Positions 24,637-42,541 of a stretch of DNA of 64,000 nt are shown piece after piece (position 1 is the stretch's first letter; every line of letters starts with the position of its first letter). A model generated the notes under the pieces. The model saw only the letters and a list, made by a program, of their open reading frames with translations. It searched no databases and was not told where the DNA came from. The position numbers and the translations under genes are program-made. Location: NCBI GenBank assembly GCA_051294375.1, contig CM119267.1, positions 21,087,755 through 21,151,754 on the forward strand. The letters run 5' to 3'. The DNA comes from Paraspadella gotoi (lineage: Eukaryota > Animalia > Chaetognatha).

Positions 24637-27256
24637 TTAAAAAAGAAGTAAACGTTCGCACAAGGCAGTATCCTTGTCTCGGCGAATGGTAAGGGACGGA
24701 GACGCCGACGACGACGACAAAGGCGACGACGGAGGCGACGACGACCGCATGGAGCTATGGTGCCTGAGAGATGAATCGAGGCGACGAAGACGACAATGAC
24801 GACGACTACAGTGACGACGACGACGACGAATGATCGATACACAAAGAGTCGTTGAGGTTTGATTGAGACGAAACCGAGGGGGGGGCGGAGTGAGGAGTGG
24901 ACAGAACGACTAAAATCGGTGGGTAGGTAAAGAGTAAGAAACATGGGATATACGGATGGTACATGGATTAAAGTATTAAAATTGCAAAATTAATATTTTT
25001 TTATTATATTAGACTAAGTTAAATATATTCAGACGGAATGTTTATATTTAGATTCAGCGTGAAGCGCTACATCTAGGGATTCGAAATTCAGAGACAAAGC
25101 AAGAGAAAAGCACGAATTCTAACGAGTCGGAATGTAAAAATAATAGTGCTAATTAACGAACATAAATACATAAGAGACGCAAAATCTGAACAATGAACTC
25201 GATCAAATGTATCGCTGATTAGAGATTAATCTGTTTATTTTTAAATTTAAAGAGAAAACAAACAACGGATTTTTTATTTAAAAAAAAAACGAATATGTTT
25301 TGACTCCAATTTGATGAAAGAAGTCAGCGAGTTTTTTATTTAACTAAAACGCGACGAAGAGAAAGTCTTAACGCAATGTCTAGAAACCGCATTTTAATTT
25401 AGCTTGAACCTGACCGCATCGCACCTGGACACGTGGAAAGGAAGTCCCCGGTTCAAAGGGGATTATCCCTGCCACATGCCTCTTTAATTCATAGGCGATG
25501 CTCGAATCATGACCGATGCAAACGAATTTTCTTAAAGATGCTATTAAAGACCAGTTTCCGTACAGGTATGTATAATTTTGCGATTTGCAGATCTATGCAT
25601 GTACTTTTATGTTATATACCTATTAAAACGACAAAAACCATAAAAATTTCGTTTCCTCGTGGATATTGATCACGTGACCTTACAACCGGATACTAGTATT
25701 AATTTTCCTTCCGTTTCGGGCTCGTNNNNNNNNNNATAATTTTGCGATTTGAAGATCCATGCATGTACTTTTATGTTATATACCTATTGAAACGACAAAA
25801 ACCATAAAAATTTCGTATCCTCGTGGATATTGATCACGTGACCTTACAACCGGATACTAGTATTAATTTTCCTTCCGTTTCGGGCTCGTTCCATTTGAGC
25901 CACGAGATCAAAGTAGAGATTAAAAATGGAATGAAAAAGAATATATCCGGTAAAAAAAGGAAATCTGTCTCTGTCTCTCTCTGTCTCTGTCTCTCTCTCT
26001 TTCAAAAGGTCGATTCGTAGGTCAAACGGCGCCGAAACTCGACAGGTCGTCGGGGCCCGGCCCGAGATCGGAAGAGAAAGGAGATGGAGACTTGAAAAGA
26101 AAGGGAAAAGAAAGGAAAAAAGGAAAAGAAAGAAAAAAAAAGTAAAAAAGAAAAAAAAAAGAATTCCAGTGAGAGAGAGACGTCGGCGGAAAAAGGGCGG
26201 TGGTCGTCGTTTTTTTGTCGTCGTCCTCGTCGTCGTCGTCGTCGTCCTCGTCGTCGTCGTCGACGTAGAATTTTAGGGTGCCTCACAATCGTATTCATAT
26301 TCCCCTATTACTAATAATTTTTTTTTTAAATTAAGATTTTTTAATAAAAAGTTTACTATATGTGTTTGTTAATAGTATTTTTATGCTTTTTTATTTAAAA
26401 AAAAACTTTACTTGAAAATATATACCTTTTTTTATATTTTTTATACATTCATAACTAAAAAAAATTAAATCAAAATGATATAAAATCTATTTTTTTTTAT
26501 TATTCTCAATCTAAAGCTTTCATACTATCATCAAAATATATCGAAATATTGAACGACCTTACTCCTAAGCCTTTATCAGCTTTCGTCGTCGTCATCGTCG
26601 TCGTCGTCGGCTGACCTCGCAGCTGTCCTGGCGACCAGTGGTCAGTCAGTTCCGTCAAAATCAGCTGATCGATGAGGGAAACAAAGATGCGAGTTTCCGG
26701 CTTCGAGAAAAAATCGAGAGGAAAGAGATAAAGATCTGACAATCACTTTTCTATTCACTTTTCTATTCACTACTCCGACCTTGTGATTATCCTTATGAAT
26801 ACCGGATCGAATCCAATGTATTTTTTGAATGTTTGGCGAGTGTAAAAAACAAACGGTATTCATCTTTGCGCCCTTAAATGAAATGTACTGAATTATTGTA
26901 TATTTATTTATTCAATAATTCACGCGAATTCTCGCGTCGAATTATACGTAGTTTAATTATTATATGCGATTTTATTCGAATACAACAAAGTTGATTCAGT
27001 ACAATCATCAGCAACAAACAAACAAACAAACATCGACTAAGTCTGAGCAAACGAAAAACATTATAAAATAGAGAGAAAAAAACAGTTAATTATTACTAAT
27101 CAGAGGTAGGGGTAGATTTCGAGGCTTGTGAGGCAGCAAGTTGAATTGAGGGCATAATGTAGATATTAGAGCGTAGCAAAAATATTAAAATCAAGTAGAA
27201 TCAAATATATATCGTGAACATTTTTAAATTAAAAAAAATATATATTTTTCAATTTT

Positions 27257-27533
27257 CGCCCATATTTATACATAGTGTTTTGACGCTCGTGGCGGCCGAC
27301 ATGGGCGTGTCCGCACTGAAGAAAAAAGTTCGACGTCCGCGGAGTCACCGCGGAAGATATCGCGATGGAGACCGGCCCTGAATTTCGGGAGAAGTTTAAC
27401 GCAGATTTAGTCGCGAAGAAAACGAGAGAAAAATTAGTATCAACTTTTAATGAGGAATTCGAATCTGCTTTCAAAATTAAAAAGATTAGATTTTGATATT
27501 TTCAATGGTAATTACTATGTATAAATATGGGCG
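27257..27533. mobile_element. MITE-like element bounded by perfect 20-bp inverted repeats
   Basis: cgcccatatttatacatagt (27257-27276) and actatgtataaatatgggcg (27514-27533), with weaker pairing further out. Confidence 0.55.
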
Positions 27534-29287
27534 TATGTAAAAATTGATAAATTTAAAAAAAATTGTTTGTATATATCTATGTTCTTTAGTACAAGACTGT
27601 TTATGAACAACTATTCGAACTTTGATCTACAACTTTCACTACGCCTTTGTATATATAATATATCTCATGTTTACACTCTCCTTTTCCAAAATAGTCTGAT
27701 CCGCTTAAAAAGTTTTTTCCAATTCTGCAAAAGAAGACTTCATTGTCTTTTTTTTATTTTCACCGACATTTCACATTAACTGTCGTGACGTTCACAAACG
27801 ATTTTTATGTTCTTTCAAAAAAATGAATTCGATTCGATTTTTCCTTCAACAATTTTCATTTTCGTGAGGAAAAAAATGAATTCGGGTTTTATGTTTGTTG
27901 TTTTGTCTTTTAGATTTATTCCGATATTTTTTTGGACATAACTGACTTCGGGAATAGCATTAATATTAAATATGAAGTGATTGAGTATTTGATTAATCAT
28001 AAATAATCAAACCATGGAAAAACGAATAAAAGCTATAAAAGTATATGCGATCGTATTTAAAAGTAGTTAATAGTTAATATAATAATCTTGTAATTACTTA
28101 GAATTCGCCCTAATTTCTTCCGAACCTTTCCCAGTTTTTTATGTAAATTATTAAACATTTTCCTACATTTTTTATACATAATTCTAAAGACTTTTCAAGG
28201 TTTCATTCCGACGCATGAGAAATCTGCAGGTTGTCGAGATCTCAAGTCGACGCAACTTTCACTCAGCCATTTCTTTGTTCCTTCGTTGTGAACGAATAAG
28301 CGAAGACAAATAAAGCGGAAAAAAAATTGGAGTGACCGGGACACGTGGAATGGAATGAAATAAATGAAATGAATGAAAGTTTTAATGAACTAATGAATGA
28401 AGAAATGAACATATGAATGAAAGAATAAATAAGGATATTGTCCGCACTGCGCACTAAATCCAAATAAATTATCTTATGATCGTCATGTAAGCTTAAAAAT
28501 TATAAAAAAATATTTAAACCCTAAAAAATTCTTAAGTAATAACAAGTAAATAACTTTCAAGTTTCAAGAAATGGGATATTATTTTTTCTTTTAGTTTTCT
28601 AATTTAACTAATATTGTTCTCAACTATGAAAATACTCAAGAGACAGATTTTGAATTTTGCGCGTTTATTTATTACAGCAACAGAAAAGAAACATCGGGAC
28701 GGAATGTAGGTTTAATTTTTTTTGTTGTTGGTATTTGTAGGTTTAATTTTTTGTATTTGTGAAGAAACCAAAGTTCCACATTTTCCCCTCAAACAACCGT
28801 CAATGAAAGACGCCTTTTTCCCCCCTAATTAGTTGGTCGGTCGGTTACGCTTGACCGAATATCGATCGGCAAACGAAACCAACCGCGGACTGAAGGCCGA
28901 ACGTTGGAACTCTTCCTCCGTTAAGACCTTTCTCGCCAAGTACGTCAGCGCATCTTTAGGCAACATTTTGAGAAGCAATTCCAACTTCGCTATGTCATTC
29001 AGGGAAGGATGACGCCGCCTGCGCGCCATCTCGTCGTCCGCGGCGGAAACGAAGGCGTCGCCGAGCTGAGTTGAGTCGGCGTCGACGCGCGGTTGGGGGT
29101 TTACGACGTAGGAATCTATGCGGAATTAAGGGGAGAGAGAGAGAAGAGGAGACGATGTGCAGGCCGGGAGTAGGAACTAATGGCTTGATTCGTTACCTCG
29201 GTAAGAGTTTAGACCCCGGTTCGCAGGGGAGGACCGGCGAGTGTACTAGATAAACTGTGACCAAGGTGGCATAATGGAGGGCGGATG

Positions 29288-29339
<52 letters not shown>

Positions 29340-31127
29340 ATAAAAAAAAAACCCACTGACAAATACAAAAATCCATCTCGACAAAATCCTGATTTCTCAC
29401 TTCGAAGTATCCACTTTAGTTTTCCGTGTCCATCGTCGACGAAAGAATTTTTTATCTCACGTTTTCTCGCGTCTTAAGTCAAAAAATTGATAGAAACTTC
29501 AGTTAGTTCGTTAATTTTTATAAGTTCTGATAGGCATTTTTCCTAGAAATCGGGGCTAAGAAAGTCATTCGGCACCATAAATTCGGTTAATAAGTTACAA
29601 CTTTTATAATTTGAAATTGACCTTAATAATGAGGTTTGTATAGTTATAAACTAAAAGTAGCAAGAATGCAAAAGCTCTAGCGCATTTCACCGCTAAAACA
29701 CAGTTTCATATTTCTTTTTTTTTTTAAATTACCCGCCACGTAGATCGGGAGAAATAACAAAGCGACGACAACCAAGTTGACCATCTTTAAATTCATAATC
29801 ATTAGCTTTTTTCTTCGTGCTGACAAACTTTGGTAACTTGGTATCTTGTCAAATAGAGGGTTTGAGGTCTTTTTAAGCCTTTTGTTTTGTTAAGAAAGAA
29901 CGATTTCGATTTCGGCAATTGCGATCGTCGCTCCTATTTCGTGAGAAAACGAAAACGTTTAAAACAATTTCGATTTATAGAAATATTAAAGAAAGCTGTT
30001 CGGACGTTATTAAGGTCATATTACCTTAAGAGTTCCACAATCTTTTATAAAAGACGATCTAAATTTTTTTACCACTATGTCAATATGTGCATAAGATGTA
30101 AAGATGTAAAGATTTTTAATCTTTTTTCAAATTTGGCTTCACTGCTCAATGCTCAATGACTTGACAGTTAGAGATAAAAATTGCAAACCGGAATAAAAAG
30201 GTTTTTTTAATTTAATTACAGAGATCGTACTCGAGTTGTTAAACCTTACTTTAATTCAACGGAAAGTAATTGCATTGTTCTGTTAAGTTGTGATTATTTG
30301 TAAACTGTGCGTGATTATTTGTAACTGCGACCCAAGGCCCTCCCCGATTAAATCTAATCTAACCTAAATGAGCATTTTTAACGAAAGTGGGACGGACCGA
30401 CGGACCGACTGACCGAAAAGTGACTTATAGAGTTGCTCCGCGAGTACTGGATATACGTCCGAATCGTAATTAAAATCATCGGAGGCAAACATTCGTTATA
30501 ATTTCCCATTCTTATCATCATCTTTTCCGAGTTATTATCATCTTCATCTTTAATCACTTGGTTCGCCGAATTCGATAATTCTAGATACAACACCAACTAG
30601 TGAATTTGATTTTATAAAAACTGGGATGATGAGAACTTAAGTTACACCTGTGAGAATTTGGCCCAGTACAAGAAATAAAAAATATATTTTCGGGAAAGTT
30701 AATAGTCTACTAAAATAGCATTTGTAGTTCTCTATCAAAAGTCAAGAAAACTTAATATCCTTCTTTTCTGAAACTTGTTGTTCACTTGTTTCATACAGAG
30801 TAGAAGAAGGTGGAGATAGCCCAAGAGAGAGAGAAAATAAATTCAAATATTTTGAGAAAAACTATTAAATAGGTCAAAGCAGTTAAAAAAAATGAAAAGT
30901 AGATCGAAATCAAACCCTTTTTACAGAAAAACATTCTGAATCGTAAACCGTTAACGCTACTAATTTGATTCATCACTTTTTCGTTTTTAGTCGAATCTGC
31001 TTATCAGCAGATTCCGACTCTATAATCTACTTTATCGGTCCTTTGGTCCCACCCCAATAGCTTGTCGGTAAATCATTTTTAACATATCAGAACATCAAAT
31101 TATGATAAATTAAGCCAAAAAAAAGGA

Positions 31128-31282
31128 TATCCGTCCGTCCGACTGTCTGTCTGTCTGTCTGTCTGTCTTTCTGTCTGTCTGTCTGTTTGTGTCTGTCTGT
31201 CTGTTTATGTCTTTCTGTCTGTCTGTCTGTTTGTGTCTGTCTGTCCGTCCGTCCGTCCCCCGTTAACAAAAGAGCGAGTGCG
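31128..31282. repeat. (GTCT/GTCC)n microsatellite, HINE/DINE-1-like element core
   Basis: Tandem GTCY tetramers; the element class is inferred from this known hallmark. Confidence 0.6.
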
Positions 31283-31341
31283 GGATTTTACATTATGGAA
31301 AAACATATTACTTTTAAACACTTGTAATTCACAATTCGTTT

Positions 31342-31385
31342 TTGCACTGAAGAAGAATGGAATATCATTCGAAACATGTATGCAA
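31342..31385 (+). ncRNA. Minimal type I hammerhead ribozyme motif (best copy)
   Basis: UUGCA-CUGAAGA-A-GAAUGG AAUA UCAUUC-GAAAC-AU-GUA^UGCAA: perfect 5-bp stem I, 6-bp stem II (one G-U), palindromic ACAUGU stem III, NUH triplet GUA; AATAAA at 31393-31398. Confidence 0.85.
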
Positions 31386-31692
31386 TATTATTAATAAACT
31401 TCATTTTTAAACCTTACACCAACGAAAGGAAAATAACATTTAAACATCTGCTCCCATCTCTTACACTTTCACATACGCTTCCTCTATCTTTCTCTCCTTC
31501 TCTCCCTCTTCCTCCCTCCATTTTTTTTACGATTGGAGCAAAGCAAAGTGCCCGCCAACAATAGCATGAAATCGCGGCCAGCGGCATATCTGTCTCTCTC
31601 GCTCTCTCTCTCTCTCTCTCGCTACCTTTTTTATATCCCTGTCTCTCTCTGTTTCTCCCTCCAAAAGTTTTTTTTTTAAATTACGTAAAAAA

Positions 31693-37372
<5,680 letters not shown>

Positions 37373-37683
37373 TCGATGTTGTATTTACTGATCCATAGTT
37401 GTATTTAGTCAACATCAACATCAAAGTGGAAAAAAGGAAGCAAACTTTTTTTATTATATTATAAATAATATTTATTTTCGCTAATAGATAGACTATAGTC
37501 GCATTTTTTCACTCATGCCTATTTTTTTCCCACTAAACTCGTGTTATTCAATATTTATATCGGTCTGTCATTTTGTGAGGCTAAAATAAAAATTTATTTT
37601 CCCCATCTGATATTTTAAAATTATGAAAACTATAGATAAAGTTAGATTTTATTTTTTACCATGTTAAACATTAAACATTTAAT

Positions 37684-39994
37684 TTAATTTTTCAAGTAAC
37701 TTTGGGCGAGCCTGCAGATTGAAGCGGACGACCTGTTGAGAAAAACAAAATTGTTAAATTAACGATAAAGTGTTAATGTCACAAGTCATAGAATGACAAC
37801 AAACTTTTCAAGAAAAAAAAATCACCTTTCCCGGCAAGGATGCTTCTCACAAGGTTTTTCCTCGCATTCACATTGACATTTGTGATTTACGTAACAGGGT
37901 TCTTTACAATCTGAAAGCGAGTTGTTAAAATATTTACCTATATTAAAAGCACTCGCTCAGTGTTCTCAATTTATAGTATTAGCCAAATATTAAAAAAAAA
38001 AAAAAAACAAGTAGGATTTTACCAGGCTGAGCGTCGCATTTGGCGTTGCAGTTGTACATCATATTGACGGCTTTGGCGTCGCGAAAACTGAGGTTCTTCA
38101 TGCGACCGATCGTCCAAGTGTAGTCGAGATCGCGCGGGAGAATCGTGAAGTATCTGTGAATTTTTTAAATCAAAAGATATCGGTAGGAGTGGCAAAAGAT
38201 TGGAGTAGAAAATAAATAGCACAGGAGTGGAAAGGGATGAAATACGATAAAAGAAAATAAATGGTTTGACAATTAAAAAAAAAAAAAAAAAATCAAAACT
38301 AACGAAAATACTAGATATTTTTAAAAAATTTTGGTAATTCATTTAAAATTAAAAATGTTACCCTTAACCTCAGATTACAGTCTCTCGCGTTACTTTTTGG
38401 CGAAATAGTTGACTCCGTAGTGCATGATGGAACAATAGTCGTAGGCCACCCCCATCGTCTCAGTTTCTAAGTCTATCGCAAACTGATCTCCTCTTTTCGC
38501 TTCGATGTTGTCGAAAATTATTTTCACGAAGTCCTCTCTACAAAATATAATTTATTAATTATTAATTATTAATACTGACAACTACTTGACAAATAACAAA
38601 CCTGTCGATCCTGCTCTGCTCGTGAAAGAGTCCGATCACGTGACCCAATTCGTGCAGCACCACCTCGTGATGCATGCAGCCGTTGATCTGCAGCGAGCAG
38701 GTGCTACCGTACTCGTAGCCAACGCGAGCCCAACATCCATCTTACGTGGGAAGAATGTATGTTTAGATTTAATTATTTATTTATATATTGATTTACTTAT
38801 TTTTTAATTAATATGTTATTCTTTTATTCAAGCAAATTGGACATTAGTTTTTCTCACTGACCAGCATTGATGAACTTCACGGTGTGATAATGTCCGGCCA
38901 ATTTTTCCGCCAAATCTCCAGATTGAATGAACCTGTCAGAAAGGTTTGTGTCACATGTTATGATATAACGTGTCCCACGACCTCGCTACGTTTGCAGGGT
39001 GCTTTCTTGTAAAGCACTTGTCGGGTCCCTTTTTGATTACTTAACTGGCACACGTCCTGCCACGCCCTCTCCTTACATTCAGACTCACTTTTTCCTCACC
39101 TTCTCACCTTGCCCAACTTACTTAATACAAGTTCTATCCCTCCACTCGCTCATCGCTTTTCTCACGAGGAGTTTGTGACTCGACCGAAAGTCCCTCGAAA
39201 ATCTGTAAGGAATCACCGCGTTCGGCCACCTGTAATAAAAAAAGAGGTTTTCTAAAAAAATTAAATGTTACCTCCATTTTTTAATGTTATTTAGCTTATT
39301 GCTGGACCGTAATTGTATCAAAAACAACGCCATCGATAAAATGGAATGACTGATCCAATATATGACCGAATTCTTGTTAGATTAACTGATCGCTAGATAT
39401 AAACGAAGGAATGTTGCATAGTAGATAGAATGATTGATTGATTGATTGTGGAATAATTTAAATTGTTTAATTAAATGCATCGATCGACGGATCTTTCCTG
39501 TATCGATCCCCTTTGATAATTCCTCCCGCCAGCCCTCGATTTTCCTGGAATCTAAGAGAGAATTGACTTCGACCCACGACCATGTCGCCGTCGAGAACGA
39601 CCACGTCAGACCCGTTTAAGGCCGACGACGATGACGACGACGACGCTCCTGTCGGAGATTCACGTTCGTAGAATTGTGCGTACTACATAGTATTGACATA
39701 CATATATTTTGTAATTGACTGATATACACACATGTATGAAATACCAATGCAATTGTATTTATGACATTTGTTCAATGATGATTTGTTTGACTTTTTTTCT
39801 TTTTTGTTTTATTAGTTTAAGTATATAATTAGTTTAAGTATATAATACATATTAATTAATCACTTTGCTTATGTACTTGCAAGAGAAATCCTCTCGTCGA
39901 TGGAGAGAGCGAGTTCGCCGCTAGAGGCGCCACTGACGCCTCCGCCCACGATGACGATGATGACGATGAAAAAGACGAACTGGGTGAGAAACAT
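37684..39994 (-). CDS. Astacin-family zinc metalloprotease (peptidase M12A) with signal peptide, propeptide and Cys-rich C-terminal tail
   Basis: Exons 39881-39994, 39498-39682, 39122-39229, 38862-38932, 38602-38740, 38394-38537, 38023-38153, 37826-37910, 37684-37732. Motifs DGDMVV (pro), RWPNAVIPY, TCIKF, HELGHVIGLFHEQSRIDR, Met-turn YDYCSIMHY, LSFRDAKAVNMMYNC. Missed by the ORF track because the exons are short. Confidence 0.93.
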
Positions 39995-40868
39995 TGACAA
40001 GATTTTATATTAAAATTAAATTATATTGAAATATCTATGATTTTTGATAAGTAATTATTTGTTATAAATTTGTATTACAAAACCTACCATCCCCATTTAC
40101 CTCATTCATTTTTTTTTAAATTCAAATTTGATTGAAATATTAAAATGAATTTTAAGTCAAAGGTACAGCTGTGCCCAGTCTCGTCTCACGAGAGCAAAAA
40201 AATGAAAAGACAAAAAAGCTTTTGTTTTGAATAGATTATTTGTAGCATTACTTATCAATCATTACTTATCTTTAAGAGAGAGAGAGGGGGAGAGAGAGAG
40301 AGAGAGAGAGAGAAATAGAATTTCTGTCTTTTGTTTTTTTCTCGGAATTGCCTTAGCCTTCATCGCTCTCTAGCGATTATTTAAGGAGAGTGCGAATAAA
40401 TTTGTTTGTCTGAATATTGACGCGACACGCTAGTAAGTGGCAAGTAAGTGACTTATAGATCTCGCCCGTTTTGACTGTTCTGACTTGGGTCTAGAATAGG
40501 TGTTTGGTATTTTTTAATAAAAATTTTATTCATTTAAATATCAATTGGTAACCCGTACAATTTAAGTTATATATCAAACAGAGAAAAAATAAGTATTGAC
40601 AAATAAGATTTAACCAATTCAGCTCTTAAATCTGCAATCTTTCTTAAATTTGTCCTATCCGTGTATGTAATTAAATCACACAGTGCTTGATTTTGCAATC
40701 TTAGCTTTTATCAAAAACAACTTAGTCTCAGTAAATCTCTTTTTTTTTGGTACAATCGTCATCGAAAGCTACGATTTTTGTTTTTTTGGTATTCTAGCGA
40801 TTACGTATGAAACGTTAGTGAAAAATATGATTTTTACAAAACTAAATTAACATTTCAAACATTCCTTC

Positions 40869-42541
40869 TCATCCCCACCAAATGAGATGAGGAAAACAGT
40901 CCTTCTCCAGCGACCAAAAATCCTTGATGCTCTCGTACCACTTGATTCCTCCATCCCGGTGCAGCTTGTCGCAGAGTCTACAGAATCCCGGATTGATGTT
41001 GTGATGGTCTCCCTCCAAAACCTCCCAATCTTTCCGCCAAGCGTGATACTTGTTGTAGAGGTTATCGTCCGCCGCCACCTTTTTCAAATACGCGGCCAGA
41101 TCCTCCGGCTCGAACCGGCGGGCGTCGATAAAGGCGCCGGGCGGGGCGTCGACGTCGTAATTGGCGCCTCCCATCACGATCGGCACGGTCGTCGTTCGAC
41201 TGAGGATCTTCCACATCTTGTCGGTGATGTAGTCGCGGCAGAGATGATTTTCGAATCCGAGATAAAACTTGTAATCGTGGATGAGAGTTTGAAGGCAGTC
41301 GACGTCGCGATTGCGAGGGCAGGTCTTGGTTCCGCAGGCCCCGTAAATGTCCACTTGGACGTGTTTGCGCAAGCGCTCGACGTATTTTTCCCTCTTGCTG
41401 GGAGGATGGCAGTGGCTGACGAGCCAGGCAATCATCTTGGTCTTGTTCTTTGAGTAGTCTTTGGGGACGTAGGACGCGCTCGCCTCTTTGCTCTTCCTCG
41501 ACGTCCACGCGTGCGGGTTGGGGATGTCGCTATCGTGACGATGAGTCAGGGTCCAGTTGAAGACCGGACCGAGGACGTCCGAGTCGAAATTTCCCAGTTG
41601 AGACCAGCTGTAAGGCGGAGGTTCCATCGCGTAGAAGATCCAGCGTTGGCCCGGTCGCTTTCTTGGGGGGAAGTCGAAGCCTGGAGAATTTCAATTTGAT
41701 AATAATATTCGAATTCAGATTTCAGTTCAGAAAGATGGTGGAGAGTTAATAATAAAAATTTGCAACAAATTATAATCATATACTTTTTTGAAATATTGGG
41801 GTTTTTTTTGTCTTTATTGAAAAAAAAAAAATAAAATAATTGACAAACACTAGGGGCGCGTGTCTCGCGCGTGTGCCATAATACGCAATAATTCTCATTT
41901 GCATATTGCATTATCAAACCAATTATCACGAGTAAAAAGATCCGAAAGACAAAAAAAAAATGTTCTTCGGTAGCTAATTAAATGTTAAATTAAACTCTCA
42001 ATGTAAAACGACAATGAATTTGTCGGGAGACGCTATAATATTTTTATTATTCCATATAATCACGAAAGTTAAAAGTGCCTCAAATCACACCTTTGACTAA
42101 CGTGTCTCTCTTTTTGCTTCTCTGCAAATTGCGCGAGTGAATGATGACGGCGTCGGCTTCGTCCAATCGATTTCGATCCTTCGTCGTCTCGCATCTCGTC
42201 TCCTGGCAACGGTTATCAACAAAGGGTTGCGATCCGAAGCCAAAGTAGTAATTGTCGCTCTCGAAGTAGTCCGTCCAGAAGAGGATGACCTTGCGGCGGT
42301 CGGCGCCGCCTCTGGCGGGGGTGACCGCGGCGGAGTCGGCGTCGCCGGAGCGGATCGAGCCGGATTCGCCGATTAGAGGGTCTTTTCTCGGCGGAGGTGA
42401 GTCAACGATTCGGCGTTTAATGAGGAAACAGAGATAAATGAAGATGACTAAATTTAGGAGACCGAACAAGTACCGCGAATAGGGTTTCGAGTAGCGTGAG
42501 ATGCGTAGCATGGTGGACAGGCAGTGGGCGTCTTTGATCAT
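40869..42541 (-). CDS. Alpha-1,3/4-fucosyltransferase (GT10), type II membrane protein
   Basis: Two exons 42091-42541 and 40869-41680 (phase 1). N-terminal TM, ILFW..ADAVIIH, QRWIFYAMEPP, FNWTLTHRHDSDI, YKFYLGFENHLCRDYITDKMW, VPIVMG, Y..YHAWR, FCRLC. Confidence 0.93.

Noticed and set aside
25573-25889. About 150 bp tandem duplication
   Set aside because: The two copies flank a 10-N gap; typical unmerged contig overlap.
24390-26298. ORFs with poly-Val/Arg/Asp runs
   Set aside because: Products of (GAC)n/(GTC)n microsatellites.
40887-41508. Overlapping alternative-frame and antisense ORFs in the fucosyltransferase
   Set aside because: Expected shadow ORFs of GC3-rich coding sequence.
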